Source of the DNA: Pecten maximus
Lineage: Eukaryota
Assembly (NCBI RefSeq): GCF_902652985.1
Contig: NC_047028.1
Location: 27,404,001-27,468,000, forward strand
Length of the DNA stretch: 64,000 nucleotides
Direction of reading: 5' to 3'
Under the pieces are notes generated by a model. That model ran no database searches, was not told the DNA's origin, and saw nothing but the letters and a program-made list of their open reading frames with translations. Shown in pieces: positions 12,957 to 26,867 of this stretch. Every line of letters starts with the position of its first letter. The first letter of the stretch is position 1. A program made the translations under genes and the position numbers.

Positions 12957-15900
12957 GTCATTCTAGGTCTCAGTGGTGCTTAGGATCAGAATAAGTTTTA
13001 ATTGGTATACATTAGAATGTGCCGTGGCGTATCACATTGTCTTCTGGTGTTAAAAGGCAGCAAAAATGTACATGTATCTGATCCCATTACATACAGGTTC
13101 CTTGCGTCAAAAATACTCCACTAATAGCAGAGTTAACACTGATATTCAATTGCATGATATTTTGTTTCATTGTAAAGGAAGCATATGATCTCAACACCTA
13201 TTCGGCTGTCGGTCGGATATTCTATCCTAGTATATCTATACTAAAACCTTCATTAAATGTATCACATCCTATGTAATAAGAACGTGTATCTGACATAACT
13301 TTGTGATTAACTTATCATATATATGTATAAGTTGTATATATATCATGCAAGAACAATATCTTTTTCATTACTGTGAAACATATAATTAACATGAATGTAG
13401 TTATAGACATATCCAGTTTAAAAGTTACAGTCGCTTAAATACTGCAAATATATCCTAATCCTGATATATGAACATTAAAAATCCGGTGCTTTTACTTGGT
13501 TACGATTTTAGATAAATAGCTACCTTAATGAAGACCTGTTTGAATATAATACATTGACATACTTACTGGAAACGGTCCCTCAAGTGGTCGACCTGGTTGT
13601 TTGTATTCATATAAGGTTCAGTTTATCAAAGAGCTGATCGAAACAGCTGTGAAAACCTTCCACGGTATAGTCAAACCAGAATGACCTGTCGTGTTGTCCT
13701 TTTCGTGGAATATTTAAAGTGGGTGGATTAATTTGTGCACAGATGTGTTAAAAAAACATTGAGTAGAAATACTACTGTGTCCAGCAGGGTGCTGCTTTAC
13801 ACCATTCGTTTTTGTTACAATTTTATATTGACAACACAGGAAATGTATGATTTATTTTTGATGCATGGTTTACACATACATTATGTATTCAAGTAACTAT
13901 GTGATCAATGGTTAACAGTTTTGTCACGAAATCTAGACCAGTATAAATACTAAATGATGCAGCTGATGATAGGTTTGTTACATTTTATACAACAAACAGA
14001 TATACATGTATATATATATATATACAAAACACCTATTTCCCCTAAATGACTATAGACTCGTATGTAATCAATATGCTAATCAAAGTTCAACACGACAGGT
14101 CAGTCTGGTCGGACTTTACTGAATTAAAATTTAAAATATGTTGATGTTAGCCTTTAAAAATATCGGTGACTGATCACTGGAGGTCTACGTCATCCACTTG
14201 CTACTTAGATAATTACTGGGTAATACAAACAATATAAACAAACATAGAACGTTATATTGAATTTTTTCTTTATTATGCCATACATAATTAAAAACGAATT
14301 AAACACAAAAAGCAATATAACCATGAAAAGTTTGATACCAATGACGACAATAGAGTGGTAATCTCTATACTCTTGTAGCGGATACATCATTCATTGAACT
14401 CGCCATATAAGTTATTTTTTCGATTTGGAATACTTCTGGAAGTATCAAATTTATTATTCTTCGCGAATATTTATTCGGTTGTACCCTTTTACCAAATAAA
14501 CTTTAATTGAACTGAATCCTTGTCTTAACACTACATTTTTATTAAGAACAATTTACCCATTCAAATATTAATAAAATATACAGAAGCAATCAATTATCCG
14601 GGAAAATTACAGTGATTGATACATTATGCACGTCAGACATGAAATCACATATTGTAATAGTATTATAGATAATCAGAATTGTTTAAAAGTTTGATATATA
14701 AATCGTACGTACAGTTCATAACAATACTCGTTTTTAAAACTTGTAGATCTGTGACACTGAACAGTTACGTTAACAGCAAGATAATTCTAAAACATAAAGA
14801 AAACAAATTCAAAAGCAATAAAACAAAGAAATATTCACCTATAAGACTGATATGTAGAGATCAGAGAAGTATTACACCGTCAAAATAATCCAAATACATC
14901 AGGCAACATAACCCGACACAATAGGTTATACACAGATTGTCAGTATTGTTAAAAAGATTCTTTTGTAAAGATTTGAATACTGTGTTGTACACTTGTGTAC
15001 GTCTTAAATCGTATCTTTAAAACACTACATCAATACCCAACGCCATTAAACGTTGATGTTCAGACTACGTCTCTACAAAGACTTGCGTAGTAGGTGAAAA
15101 AATTCTAGATTCAACTGTAATGCCTTTCACTATTTTATGGAATGTAACCGTTTTACTAACGAAAGGCATATTTTGTTCCAAAACCTAAATAATCTGAATG
15201 TTACAATAAGTTAATAAGTTATGTAATATGGAAACTCACAAATTTCCGTTGACCTTAATAGAAATATCTTTAGATATGTGCAATGTTTTATCAAATCCAG
15301 TAATTATATAATAGGTTTTGAATTTTGTAATTTTGATCAGTTTATTTAGTAAACCGTATATTATATCAATTTTGTTATTATCCATATAAATGTAACTATG
15401 CCTTGTAATACACTGTATATATGTTGGGAAAGGCGTTGATAAGTTGTTGTAACTTGTGCCTAATCCCATGTCTATGTTTTGACAATAAATATGTTTAAGC
15501 TAAAACTGTCTTCAAGATTTAATATGGAAATGACTGCGTAGAATTTGACATATATAAGATTTATGTGCAATTAAATTTGAAATCAATAAAGTGGATCTCT
15601 GATTAATAGTCTTAAGCAAAAGTGTTCAGTATACAATTATTGCGTATTGTAAACAGCATATAATTAAACCCTTTCTATCTATAACGACTTCTCTGTTTAG
15701 GAATGAATATATCAATATGACATATGATCTGTAAATAAATTCAAACTGACAAGAAGTTGTAGAATAGCACGTAAAACAACACAACACCATTCGGTATACT
15801 TGTAGAATGTGACAGAGGTTTTCAAATACACAATTTTTTCCAGATGAAATAAGATTTTATACATTCCCGTGTTGGGACAGTGGTTTGTTACTGATTGACA

Positions 15901-16398
15901 GGTATGGAAATAATTACATAATGTATACAATATAATATAACAAGATAATCAATTACATCAAATATTAACACGGAATGTGTCTTTGAGGATACGTAAAGGA
16001 TGACGCTTGACAGGGGAAAACATTTCAGGCATAAATACTCGCAAAAGTAAATAATTTTAGAAATAAAATTGATGTGATATTCAGGAAAAGGTATCGAAAC
16101 TTTAAGTTTGTGTTCACTTCGTGTTTTGAATTATCTATTTATTAATTCAAAACTTGCATCTACTTTTAATTAATATTTGGAGGAAAATATGTCAATCTAG
16201 CAAATAATAGCGTTATTATCTTTTATTTGGAACTATTGTAGAACATGAAATACTTATCTCGATTAAAAAGAAATGCAAAACGCTAGGTAGCTGGAAATTA
16301 TATATATATATATGTGAAATATGTACATATCCTTTTGTTATGCAACACTTTTATTATGCATTGAAATAGCATACGGTTTTATCTCTACATAGTTAAAC

Positions 16399-16597
16399 TG
16401 GTTTATTTTTGTTTAACGTCCTATTAACAGCCATGGTCATTTAAAGACGTGCCAGGTTTTGGAGGTGGAGGAAAGCCGGAGAACCCGGAGAAAAGCCACC
16501 GGCCTACGGTCAGTACCTGGCAAATGCCCCACGTAGGTTTCGAACTCGCAGCCCAGAGGTGAAGGGCTAGTGTTAACGTGTCGGGACACCTTAACTA
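16399..16597 (-). mobile_element. tRNA-derived SINE, family A
   Basis: Reverse complement matches 51870-52080 and 59899-61345: B-box GAGTTCGAAACC, core CTCCGGG(TT)CTCCGGCTTTCCTCC, tail GCTGTTAATAGGACGTTAAAC. Confidence 0.9.
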
Positions 16598-18418
16598 GTG
16601 CACCTTTTGGATGAGCATTACATGGAATGTGTAGTATTTTAATTAGTTTGCTATTCAGTTATATTATTTTATATTTAATTCATCACGACTCCTTTAATTT
16701 ACTCTGTAAGCACAAGAAGTGCATAATATATAAATGTAAATAACATATTATATATATACATCGAGATTCATAATTAAACATAAGATTCACGCTTTCATAG
16801 ATTCTATGTCGTCCGCTTGGTGTTATGAAGGCCTCGAAAATGGTTTAAAGCTTTACTTTTATCTAATTCTAATGACAAGCAATTATCACAGAAAAACACA
16901 TAATTGGAGTTCCAATGAAGTTAAACATACGTACAACCACACATCAAAGACTAAAAACAGAGGTAAAATGCAAATAGTTATAAAGATTTAAAACAAAATA
17001 CCTTCAGTGTCAACAAAACATTACATAAATCTAATATCTCATGGACTGATATGATTGAAAGTGTGTAAAAACACGATTGATTAGATGATGAAAGGAATGT
17101 ATAGACAGATAAATATTTATTTACATTTCCAAGATAAATGCAGATAGAAAAAACTATAGTATTAAAGGGCACAATTATATAAGGTCGTATTAAAGTTTCA
17201 CTTCATCATTGGAATGATGGCAATGGCATTTTCACAATATGATTATCTTACCATTTACAATGAAACGTGTAAAAAATAAAAATAAAAAAATGAAATAAAC
17301 AAAAATGCTACAATGAAAAATCATAAAATGGATAATACAGCGATATGGAATGTACTAATATGGTGATAAAATAACAATTATATATTTTTTTAAATATACA
17401 AAGAAACTTTGCTATGGCAAACTCATAAATGAAAGACATGGTACCTTTTCTTCAAACGGTACAAAATAGCACACAACTCATTAAATATTACAGCTGCTAA
17501 AATTGAATCGCTACTAGTCATTCATAGAAAAAAACAACTGAAACCAACCTACTAGCGCCAAATTCAGATATATCGGTCATCTCCGTTAAGGGTCGGAATT
17601 AAGTGTGATTCCGAGTATTGACGGAATTAACCGAAGCTTTGGGATTTTCGCTACCAACCATGTAGAAAAAAGTAAATACTTGCAAGCTACGAAGTTTAAA
17701 AAACAACGTTTTTTACGTCTGATTATTATAGAAAAAATGTAGACAACAAACATGACACATATCAAATGCGTTAAATATCAAGCGAAGCGTAGATTGTCAT
17801 ATATAAGCAAGGCATTTTTTTCATTTTATATACAATTGTGTTCAGTACTTCAAATCATGACGAACACAAGAACAGCTTTATTTCATACGAATTAAAAAAG
17901 ATATAGAAATGTACATTCTGATTGACCATAGACAACAAAACATCAGACAATAACAGACCTACAAGAATATTTAAAAACTGAAGATTTCTCTCAAATATAC
18001 CATTCTACAGAAACCCGTTGTCTCTTGGTATTTCACTCAATTCATACACTCCGGATTCTTATCGCATTAAGACACCTTGAGTGTGACAAGCGAGACAACA
18101 ATGTCTGTTATAAAGTATGTGCTTTGTTGAAATATTAATGAACCGTTAAGGAAGTTAATAAGCCTTCAGTCAATCAAAAAAAATTCTTCTAATATAAGAT
18201 AGTGATTATACAGTTTTTGGGATCGATATATAAAATGAATAAGCATGCGTGATTGATGCTATACTTTTTACCTTGTTTGAGCAAAAAAGGTGAGAAAAAT
18301 ACAAAAAAAAGTTTAGAATAATCCTTGCCGTTGTTTTTACATGTTCAAAATATAGCGTATTTGGTACAAGCTCATGGCAAATTGACAAAGTCAAATAATC
18401 AAACAATAAACAATCTGC

Positions 18419-18449
<31 letters not shown>

Positions 18450-19065
18450 TATGTGAAATACACACCCTCATCATCTCACAGCAACATGTAACATTTTCAA
18501 AATACAAACTAAAACGAAATCATGACGCGTAACACTGCGTAGTCTGTATAACATGTTAAATCTCCATAGGTGGATCTCTAAAAATTGTACAAATTACCAT
18601 AACCGTAACATAGTAAAAACTTCAGCACCCAATCATGAATATCATAATATTGTTTAATTTATTGAATCATCGTCCAGGTACGATTCATACCAGAAGTATA
18701 TCCGTACCTAAATGACTATTCAAGAATTCACCTTAAACTGTAAATCACCTAGATTTCGCGATAACTTAATTTCGCAGATCACCTTTTCAGACACATTCGC
18801 GAATATATGATTTTGCAACCACTGAAGTAGAAAATGACTTTAAATTCGCTAGTGATGATCTATTCTTGTGAAAATACATGTCCAGCTTTTCAGGGAAACA
18901 ACTTTTAAGTTGAAGAAATAAATTGAAAATATCTTTCAATGCTTTGTTTCACTTTTATCATCATAATTGCAGATTTTATCAAATTTGACCAGTTAAACCA
19001 CCGCTTACAAAAACAATGGGGAAATTTAAAAGATGACCTGGTATATTTTGCTGTAAAACATGTAA

Positions 19066-19236
19066 TAAACAGAATATCTAAAAGTATCTTTAGTAATACC
19101 ACATTTATTTCACTCGTGTGACTAATATTTTAATACTTTTCACTCGAGCTGCGTACCCGTGAAAGATTTTAAAATATTAGCCCCAATCGTGAAAGAGGTT
19201 TGGCAATACTGAACACACTCTAAGATATCCTCTATT
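19066..19236. mobile_element. Palindromic non-autonomous element (relative at 47355-47480)
   Basis: Imperfect foldback centred on TTTCACTCG...CGTGAAA with AGAATATC/GATATCCTCT ends. Confidence 0.5.
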
Positions 19237-21001
19237 AATGTTCTATTACACATAATAAAGTTATATGAATTAAGACGTACGATGTATTTGTGAGTATATA
19301 TTCTATTGAAAGAAAATCGTAAATAAAATTTTGCTATTTTTGTTCAAAATCGTACATTGATAACACTCAATATAATAATTATCTAACATGCTACATATCC
19401 CTTTTAAAGACAATATATTTATACATTTTTAATGAAAAATAACCATATTCGTGTGGTCTCTAAAGCAATATATTGCTGATGAATCAAGCTTCCACTAAAC
19501 CAATTGTCTTCATATATGTTATCTTACCCTTCTCATATCTCTATAAAGTTTTGCGGAGATATTATGCAAATTCCTATCATTGTTGGGTTTCTTTTTCCAT
19601 CGTGAACGCCGTGTGATTGTATGTATTTCAAAACACAAGCTACCACTTAGTTGTAGATGTGCTGAAATATATTACTGTATACATTTATAGGTATGGAATC
19701 ACAGTTACAAAATGTACGTTTTAACAACGATGGCTGGTAAAACTTTAAAAAGAGATTCCTACAAACTACAACAAAAGCTGTCAAGAAGTGAAAACCTGAA
19801 CATGACGATTTCGTAATATATATCATAACAGCATTATTGAAAGAATTTATAAATCATAACTTAGATATTCTAGCCAAGTAGCGCGATGGCATAGTGCATA
19901 TTTTTGTATCTTGGAAACAAGACAAATAGCAGAGACGCTATGGCCAAATGCAGATCTTTGATAAATAAACAAACCTTAAAACTTTGTGGTCCAATGTACA
20001 TCTGAGTAAAGTAAACAAAACTTAAAGCAGAGACGATATGGTTCAATGCACATCTTGGTCAAGTAAACAAAACTTGTAGCATACACGTTGTGATTCAAAG
20101 CACAAAGAACATTTGTGTCTCCCATAAAAAAAGAAAATCGCACATTTTTCACGATCATGGTTTTTGTCCTAAATGAATTAGGGACAATGAAATGCCAGTT
20201 TTTTTGTAATATATACACAATGTAATACAATGACTTCTGTATTGAAGGCTATAAAGTTGGTCATTATGTCCATGCAATGGCCTTAATATCATTTATAAGC
20301 TAGCTGCACTAATGTTTTAAGTACACTTTTTCTGAATTCACTCAAAATTCTACTTTTAATCATAATAACCGTAAAAGGTTATGTTTGAAAGAAACTTTCC
20401 TGAAACTTCAATCTGCTTTATCAGCCTATCTGTAACTACTGTACAAATGAAATATATTTTATTGGTTTTGGAAAATATGTCTCTTGAATTTCGTATCTAA
20501 CGTTCTTGCTGCTAAATTTTACTTATTTCAATTGCCCAGTGTCCTGACACTTATAATAAAAAAACATACTTTGATACACTGGCTTTGTTAGTGTATGGAG
20601 TACATAAATTATGTCTATCATATATAACAGATTGGTTATCAAGCTTGAGTTTCCATCATTAAATGGTGTTACATGGTTATATACTTCTATACCACACAGA
20701 CTTCTGAAAAATTGAGCAACCAGACATTTTCAATTGCAATTGCAGTTCCACAAAGAACATTCTATCTACAGTATAATGCCCTTCATTATCTGTATATCAT
20801 CAGGTACTAATGTGATTAAAATCATATGTTCACGACTCCGTTTACCACGTGACTACGTCTTCGCACTTACATGGTAAACGAAGTATTGGATAGATTATTT
20901 TAATCAGATTATCAAAATATGTTTGTTTATAAGTCACGTTTCATCATGCAAGCACATATCTTATATTTACTAATACTTTCCCTCTAAAATCACATTTCCG
21001 G

Positions 21002-22534
21002 TCACGTGTCCCTTTCAAGGTCGCTCATCCTCAGCTTCCGGTCTCCCGACGGGTAGTCGCTATACTCATTGTCCACAGTAAACGGTACGTCATCAGTTTG
21101 GCGGGCGTACCGGTAATACCTCCACCGCAAAACCATTGTACGTCTGAACCGGAGCACAAGAGCGATAATTGCGATGAGCACAATAGTTACAATTGCAAAT
21201 ATAATACCGTTCGTTATCCTACTGGACACTTCGGTGTGGTCAACACAAGGAAGGTCGCTGTCGTCAAGTTCTAGTACACTTTTATGGCTAAGTTCTGGTG
21301 GACTCGCGCACATCATTTGTGACGTCATCGACCGCTTATTCCACACATGCGGCTTCGATAGCCATTTCAACGCGCAGTCACAGTGGAGAGGGTTGTTGGC
21401 GATATTAAATATTGCCAAGTGTTCCCAGCTTCCAAGACTTTCCGGAAACGTTGTAAGGCTACAATTGCCGAGTAGAAGAGTATGCAAAATTTTTTGGTTT
21501 GCAAAAAGCCCATCTGGAAGACTTTTCAGTCCTTGGTTACCATTCAAATATATTGTTCTAAGCGATTTTAACTTCCGGAAAACTCCTGGCTGTATTTCTG
21601 TCAGAGCGAGATCATAAGACATATGGAACATAGTTAAACCTGGAAAGCCAATCATTGCGTCAGATGTAATAGTGTCTATGCTGTTACCACTTATGAAAAT
21701 TTCAAGTAGGCGATTTAAGTCATTTAACGGTGGAAATTCTGTCAACTTGTTGTTATCTAAAAATATATTGTTTATTTTCAGTGCTTTGTTTTCTCCGGTA
21801 TCATTGACAATAAATGCTTTGTTGCTTATTATCGAAATTTGATTGTCCGATAGATAGAGAGATTTGAGTGAGACACAATAAGCGAAGTCGTGGGCGTTCA
21901 CAATCTTGATGCGATTTCCGGACAGATGAAGTCTCATTAAATTAGGAAAATTTCTTAGAATTCTCCTCGGCACTACTTCTAATCCGTTGTGTCCTAGGTC
22001 CAGGGTTGTTACGCCGGGAAGGAGGCCAAAGCTATCCGAATATATAACAGTAATCTTATTATAGGATAAATTGATATGTATTAGTTTGGACATGTTCCAG
22101 AACGCATGTGTGTCTAACGTTGATATATTGTTGTGGGATAGTTCTAATGTTAGCAACGCCGGCAGATCAACGAACGTCCCAGGTCTTACGAACTCAAATA
22201 AATTCTCTCTTATACTAATCTGCTGTAGTCCATCCATTCCTTGAAAAGTGTTGTTTTCTATGATTTCGATACCGCTATTGGTAATTAACAAGATTTCCAA
22301 GTTTTCAAAAATTTGCAGCCTCGAATTGAGAACGGTCAGATTGTTACCTACTATATGCAACTTTGTTATCAAAGACGCGTTAAGAAAAGTATCTGGAAAA
22401 TCTGTAACGTCGGAACAATTACTGACCGTACCAGCAGTTAGATTGCAATTACAACTTCCGGTACAACTAATAACCACACTGGAGGAAATACCAAACACGG
22501 TTGTTAGGCACAGCAGTAGGAGCACGGTCGCCAT
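21002..22534 (-). CDS. 510-aa LRR type-I transmembrane protein, Tartan/Capricious-like (no Ig/FN3/TIR)
   Basis: Signal peptide; LRRNT CTGSCNC...C; ~13 LxxLxLxxNxI repeats; LRRCT NNPLHCDCALKWL...CASPPEL...C; TM GIIFAIVTIVLIAIIALVL followed by a basic stop-transfer; ~50-aa tail. Acceptor TTTTCAG at 22546 just upstream of the ATG. Confidence 0.95.
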   Translation of the reverse strand: MATVLLLLCLTTVFGISSSVVISCTGSCNCNLTAGTVSNCSDVTDFPDTFLNASLITKLHIVGNNLTVLNSRLQIFENLEILLITNSGIEIIENNTFQGMDGLQQISIRENLFEFVRPGTFVDLPALLTLELSHNNISTLDTHAFWNMSKLIHINLSYNKITVIYSDSFGLLPGVTTLDLGHNGLEVVPRRILRNFPNLMRLHLSGNRIKIVNAHDFAYCVSLKSLYLSDNQISIISNKAFIVNDTGENKALKINNIFLDNNKLTEFPPLNDLNRLLEIFISGNSIDTITSDAMIGFPGLTMFHMSYDLALTEIQPGVFRKLKSLRTIYLNGNQGLKSLPDGLFANQKILHTLLLGNCSLTTFPESLGSWEHLAIFNIANNPLHCDCALKWLSKPHVWNKRSMTSQMMCASPPELSHKSVLELDDSDLPCVDHTEVSSRITNGIIFAIVTIVLIAIIALVLRFRRTMVLRWRYYRYARQTDDVPFTVDNEYSDYPSGDRKLRMSDLERDT

Positions 22535-24199
22535 TTTCTTCGGATCTGAAAATAAATGTAAGTTATATATAAACTGTGTTAAGAAGTTCTACAAGTGCAT
22601 AGTACGTTTATATTAGTTTTGTTCTCCTATCGTCTAAATAGATAAGGCATTTGGCTAAAGCACAGTCGTCTGCTTCTGCTTAGTATCTATAGAAAAAAAA
22701 TATTAGCCCCTACTCCTACTATATCACTTTAAGATCAGACGATGTATCGGCTGTGACACGGAAGTAAGCTATTGATTGGTCGACAATTAGAATTCGTATT
22801 TTTACAGAGCTGTCGACCAATCAGATTGCTCCTTGCATACCATTTTCTCATCTTTAAATCATTGTCTCACGTCCAAAGTTAACATGCATTTATATTTAAG
22901 GATTCCAAACCAAGGTACGTTACTGAACTTAGTGTGCATTTGATATTTTAGTCACATTTAACTTAAATTCAAAGTAGATCGAAGCTTACCCCTGACTTCC
23001 GAATTTTCAAGTGTTAAACCTTGTTGATATAGCAGGACCAGGGACTATTATTTTGTCTTTGAATATTAACTAGAAGCAGACGCCTGTGACTATAGCATGG
23101 GGAAACAACAAATTTATCATACGAAAATTACACATTGTTACTATAGATTAAGCTACATTATAAGTGTCCATGTGTTTACCAGGATATACTGGCGTAGTGA
23201 CTATATACATGTATATACAGGTAAAATTTCAGGGATTTGACACCAATTTTTTCCTTTCCTTTCCAACGTTTTATGTTGTACAAAGCTATGCGTTGTATAT
23301 TTAATGCACATCTATACTCATTGTGCACAAGGGCCAGTGCTAGCAATGACTATATGGCTGTGCTCTTACGTAATTTTTGTTATTATTTTTATTCTTATGC
23401 TATATAATCGTAATACCAGCCCCTGTGCACCTTGAGGAAAGGTCAAGCTCTTTATTAACTTTGAGTTGTCCGACTCAATATGTCTAGTAGAAATATGTAT
23501 CGGTTCCCTGTAAGCGAACATTATAGAAAGAAAATACATTATGTACCTTAATTTCAGCGCTATTGATTAAATGTAACTTTACATTTCAGATTTCTTAATT
23601 AGATCAGTCTCAAAAAAATCCAAAATAAAGGTACATAATATCTACATTTGTATATCAACATGAGTTCGTACTCATAATAGTACAATATTTATATCAACGT
23701 GAACGCCTCGTGTTCGGCAACCCTTCCTATGTCGGGTGGAGATTCACGATTAATTAAGACTCTGATTTAGACGTGAATTATCAGTATATCTTTTTCAATC
23801 TTCACAACTTAAATACAATTATTCAAGCAGAAAGAACAGGTCCACATCTCTGGTTTTAAGGTATCGTTTTGCCAATAAGAGGTCTATAATCGTTTTTTTT
23901 TTCTGAGGCTTAATTAGAGGCTCAGCAATCTCTCAATTCGAAGTTGGTGAATATATTTACTACCTACACGAATTATCAAAATGATGTCTCAGCGTGATTA
24001 CGTACCCTATATTACACAAAATGAAATCATATTGAATTTATCTAAATGAAATGTATTGTGTCACAATGATGTCTGATCCTGAGTACCAATACGTACCCAA
24101 TATAGCACAATTAATATGACATGTTTGAAGGTCACATTTGGTCGACATAACTTATTAATCTTGTCGGGAGTTTTTGTTTAAACTTTATTTCAAAATCAT

Positions 24200-24433
24200 T
24201 GCAAAACATGTCATACCAATTGCAACCGATATTCAGCACACCTATTGGCCCGGGATGAAGCGCGCGGGGAATCTTACTCTTAATGTTGGAAGAAACCAGA
24301 TTACCCAGGGAATATCACGTGGTTGGGAAGGTGACCCAATACCAATTCACGTCCGAACACGGAATGGAATCGAACCTCGGTCGCCCAGGTGAAAGGCAAG
24401 TGATCAGTTACCATTGTGCCACCCAACCACCCT
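24200..24433 (-). mobile_element. tRNA-derived SINE, family B (V-SINE-like), diverged
   Basis: Reverse complement has A-box GGTGGCACAATGG and B-box GGTTCGATTCC; homologous to 29789-30005. Confidence 0.8.
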
Positions 24434-24666
24434 TGTTGGAGTTGATAAATCATTTAAAGGTCATCGATGGAAGTTAATAATTGTACAATAAATGTCATCT
24501 GTAGGTAGCTTTGGACGGTGAAAGGCAATTTTTCATTTTTGAAATAAGAAAAAATAAAAATAGGGAATTTTAAGTAAAAATGTATAGAAATTCAATAATC
24601 ATCAATAAATTACTGTCATGAATGTCAATTTTATAAATATATTTTGGGAGAACCCTGTGTTAATTT

Positions 24667-24805
24667 CAATCATAAACTATCATTTTATTTTACAATTTCA
24701 TCAATCATAAACTATCATTTTATTTTACAATTTCATCAATCATAAACTATCATTTTATTTTACAATTTCATCAATCATAAACTATCATTTTATTTTACAA
24801 TTTCA
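24667..24805. repeat. Perfect 35-bp tandem repeat x4
   Basis: CAATCATAAACTATCATTTTATTTTACAATTTCAT starts at 24667, 24702, 24737 and 24772. Confidence 0.95.
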
Positions 24806-26069
24806 GAATACCTATGTGGGTATTCTACACCATTATTCAGTGAATTAATTGATTAAGCTATTTATATATCTATTCATATACAGTGTATCTCTAATTTTAA
24901 CTATATCGACCCGGTTGTTATGGCGTGGTTACATTGAATTCTATGATAATGTGAAGCCGGTCCTAAATGGTCAATAAAATCAGGATAACCTGTTTTTTAC
25001 TTTTTGTAAATGTTAATACAAAACTGAAAAGCATATCTCAACACCTTTCATTGTTCAATATATCACGTGACACAGCAACTTGGTTTTTCCTACATCATAA
25101 CACAGGGACCTGAGCAGTTGTTACAGTCTAGGTGTATTGAGAACGCAGAGGGTGTCATTTTTATCGATTTTTTTATCTAGCTACCCCCACCCCCCAACTT
25201 CATCCCCAAAGCCTTAAATTGTGCTATACAAACTAAGAAAGGTTCACATACACGTAGATTGTAACAAATTCTCAGGTCCCTGTGCTTTAGAATAAAATCT
25301 TTGTAAACAGCAAGCATATATTTTAAAATGTGTGAAAGTGAAACTGATCGATAATCAATTACCTTTAAGAGGGACACTGTTGACGGCCATAGGGACATGA
25401 GAATGGCCTAGGTTTGCAGGGACATGGTGATTTGTTACAACCCTTTAATCAGATGTTTGGGGGGTGGATTAACGTTCTGTAAAATGACACCTCCTATTCG
25501 TTATACAGAACCAACAGGTTGGCATTGTGTACGGCATGAATGTTCCCCTTCAACACGTCCAAAAATGTCACAGGCCTCTGTACGATCTAGGATCCCAAAA
25601 CAGAGCGACTGGCTGTAGCAAAGACCCAGGGCCCTGTGTACATCCGATTCCATTCCATGTCCGCGGCCAATTCTTGGCAAGAATCAATTATGTGAATGGC
25701 CCATTGTGTCCTAATTGTTTAATACATGTACGTATATGTATAGCTTATATATAATATTAGATAAGCACTTGGCCCCAGGGCAGATGAACATACATGGGAC
25801 ACCTATACAATTAGTCTAGACTAGTACTTGTATATATACTTACCTATGACTTCACTGAATATCTCATGTTCATGACACCGTATTGTAACTAGATACCAAC
25901 TATTAGTCAAGTGTAGCGGAGTCAGAGATCTTAGTGTAATGTATTGTAGGCCGCAGAATATAAAGACTTCTATAGTTATATATTATTTATAAAATCAATA
26001 TCAATGAGACAGTATATATGGTAACATTCCCGTTTACCAATTTAAAATCGAGCAATATGTGCTCCAAAT

Positions 26070-26345
26070 CACACAGGTGACATCACCCGGTACACAGCAC
26101 ACTTACTTAGCACACCTGTCTTACCTGTGTACACCTGTATGTTGATTAGCCTTGTAAGTATCTTTTGGTTCAGACAGATCTGCAAAACGTGATGCTATAA
26201 AGCTACCTGGTAATGGATGTTGTGAACGTGACGTGATGCCTGGTCTCTACATAGCGAATTACTACAACGCAATCCTGCTCGGAGTCGATCAATAAAATGG
26301 CGACATCTTCCGGTTATAGGAAAGGGGCCCGCGGAGGGGGAATTA
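26070..26345 (-). promoter_or_regulatory. Putative promoter and non-coding exon 1 of the LRR gene
   Basis: Minus-strand donor CAG|GTAAGA at 26125/26124 (alternative GTAAGT at 26106); YY1-type CGCCATTTT near 26295-26303, ETS CCGGAAG, GC-rich patch, clustered CAGGTG E-boxes. Confidence 0.5.
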
Positions 26346-26867
26346 AATGTCTTGTCATTTTGATGTCCCTGTGAAGGAGAGAGTATTTTCTGATTACCCT
26401 CCAATTTATACAAGTGGTTCGAATGTAGAAAGTATACTTTACACGAATTCCACGCTAAATACAAAATGTTAAGGGGATAGGACAACTTGAGGAAATAAAG
26501 AACTGATTGTCATGAAATTTGACACGAGTGATCTTTGTGCCATCATTTTCTTTGTAAAAAAATGCTTTTCTATGCTGATTTCTGTCTTAACATTTTGTAA
26601 CAGGGGAAATTCTATTTCAATTGGTAAATTATTATCTTAGGGGCATTTTTATCTCGCTAAAATATGGTAATTTCAACATTTGATGCAAAAAGAAAATATC
26701 GTCATGCATGTAATTAGATCCATATAACACTTTTTCTGCAGTGAAAGATTATGACAAATATTATATCAAAACGTTAACAATCTGTATTCAAATGTAGGTC
26801 TGACGTTCGGTCGGAATTATTTTTCTCCAGAGATGGCATTTTATGACTTTTTCACATCCCATTAATA

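Noticed and set aside
21174-22616. Plus-strand ORFs of 147 and 122 aa
   Set aside because: Antisense shadows of the LRR CDS.
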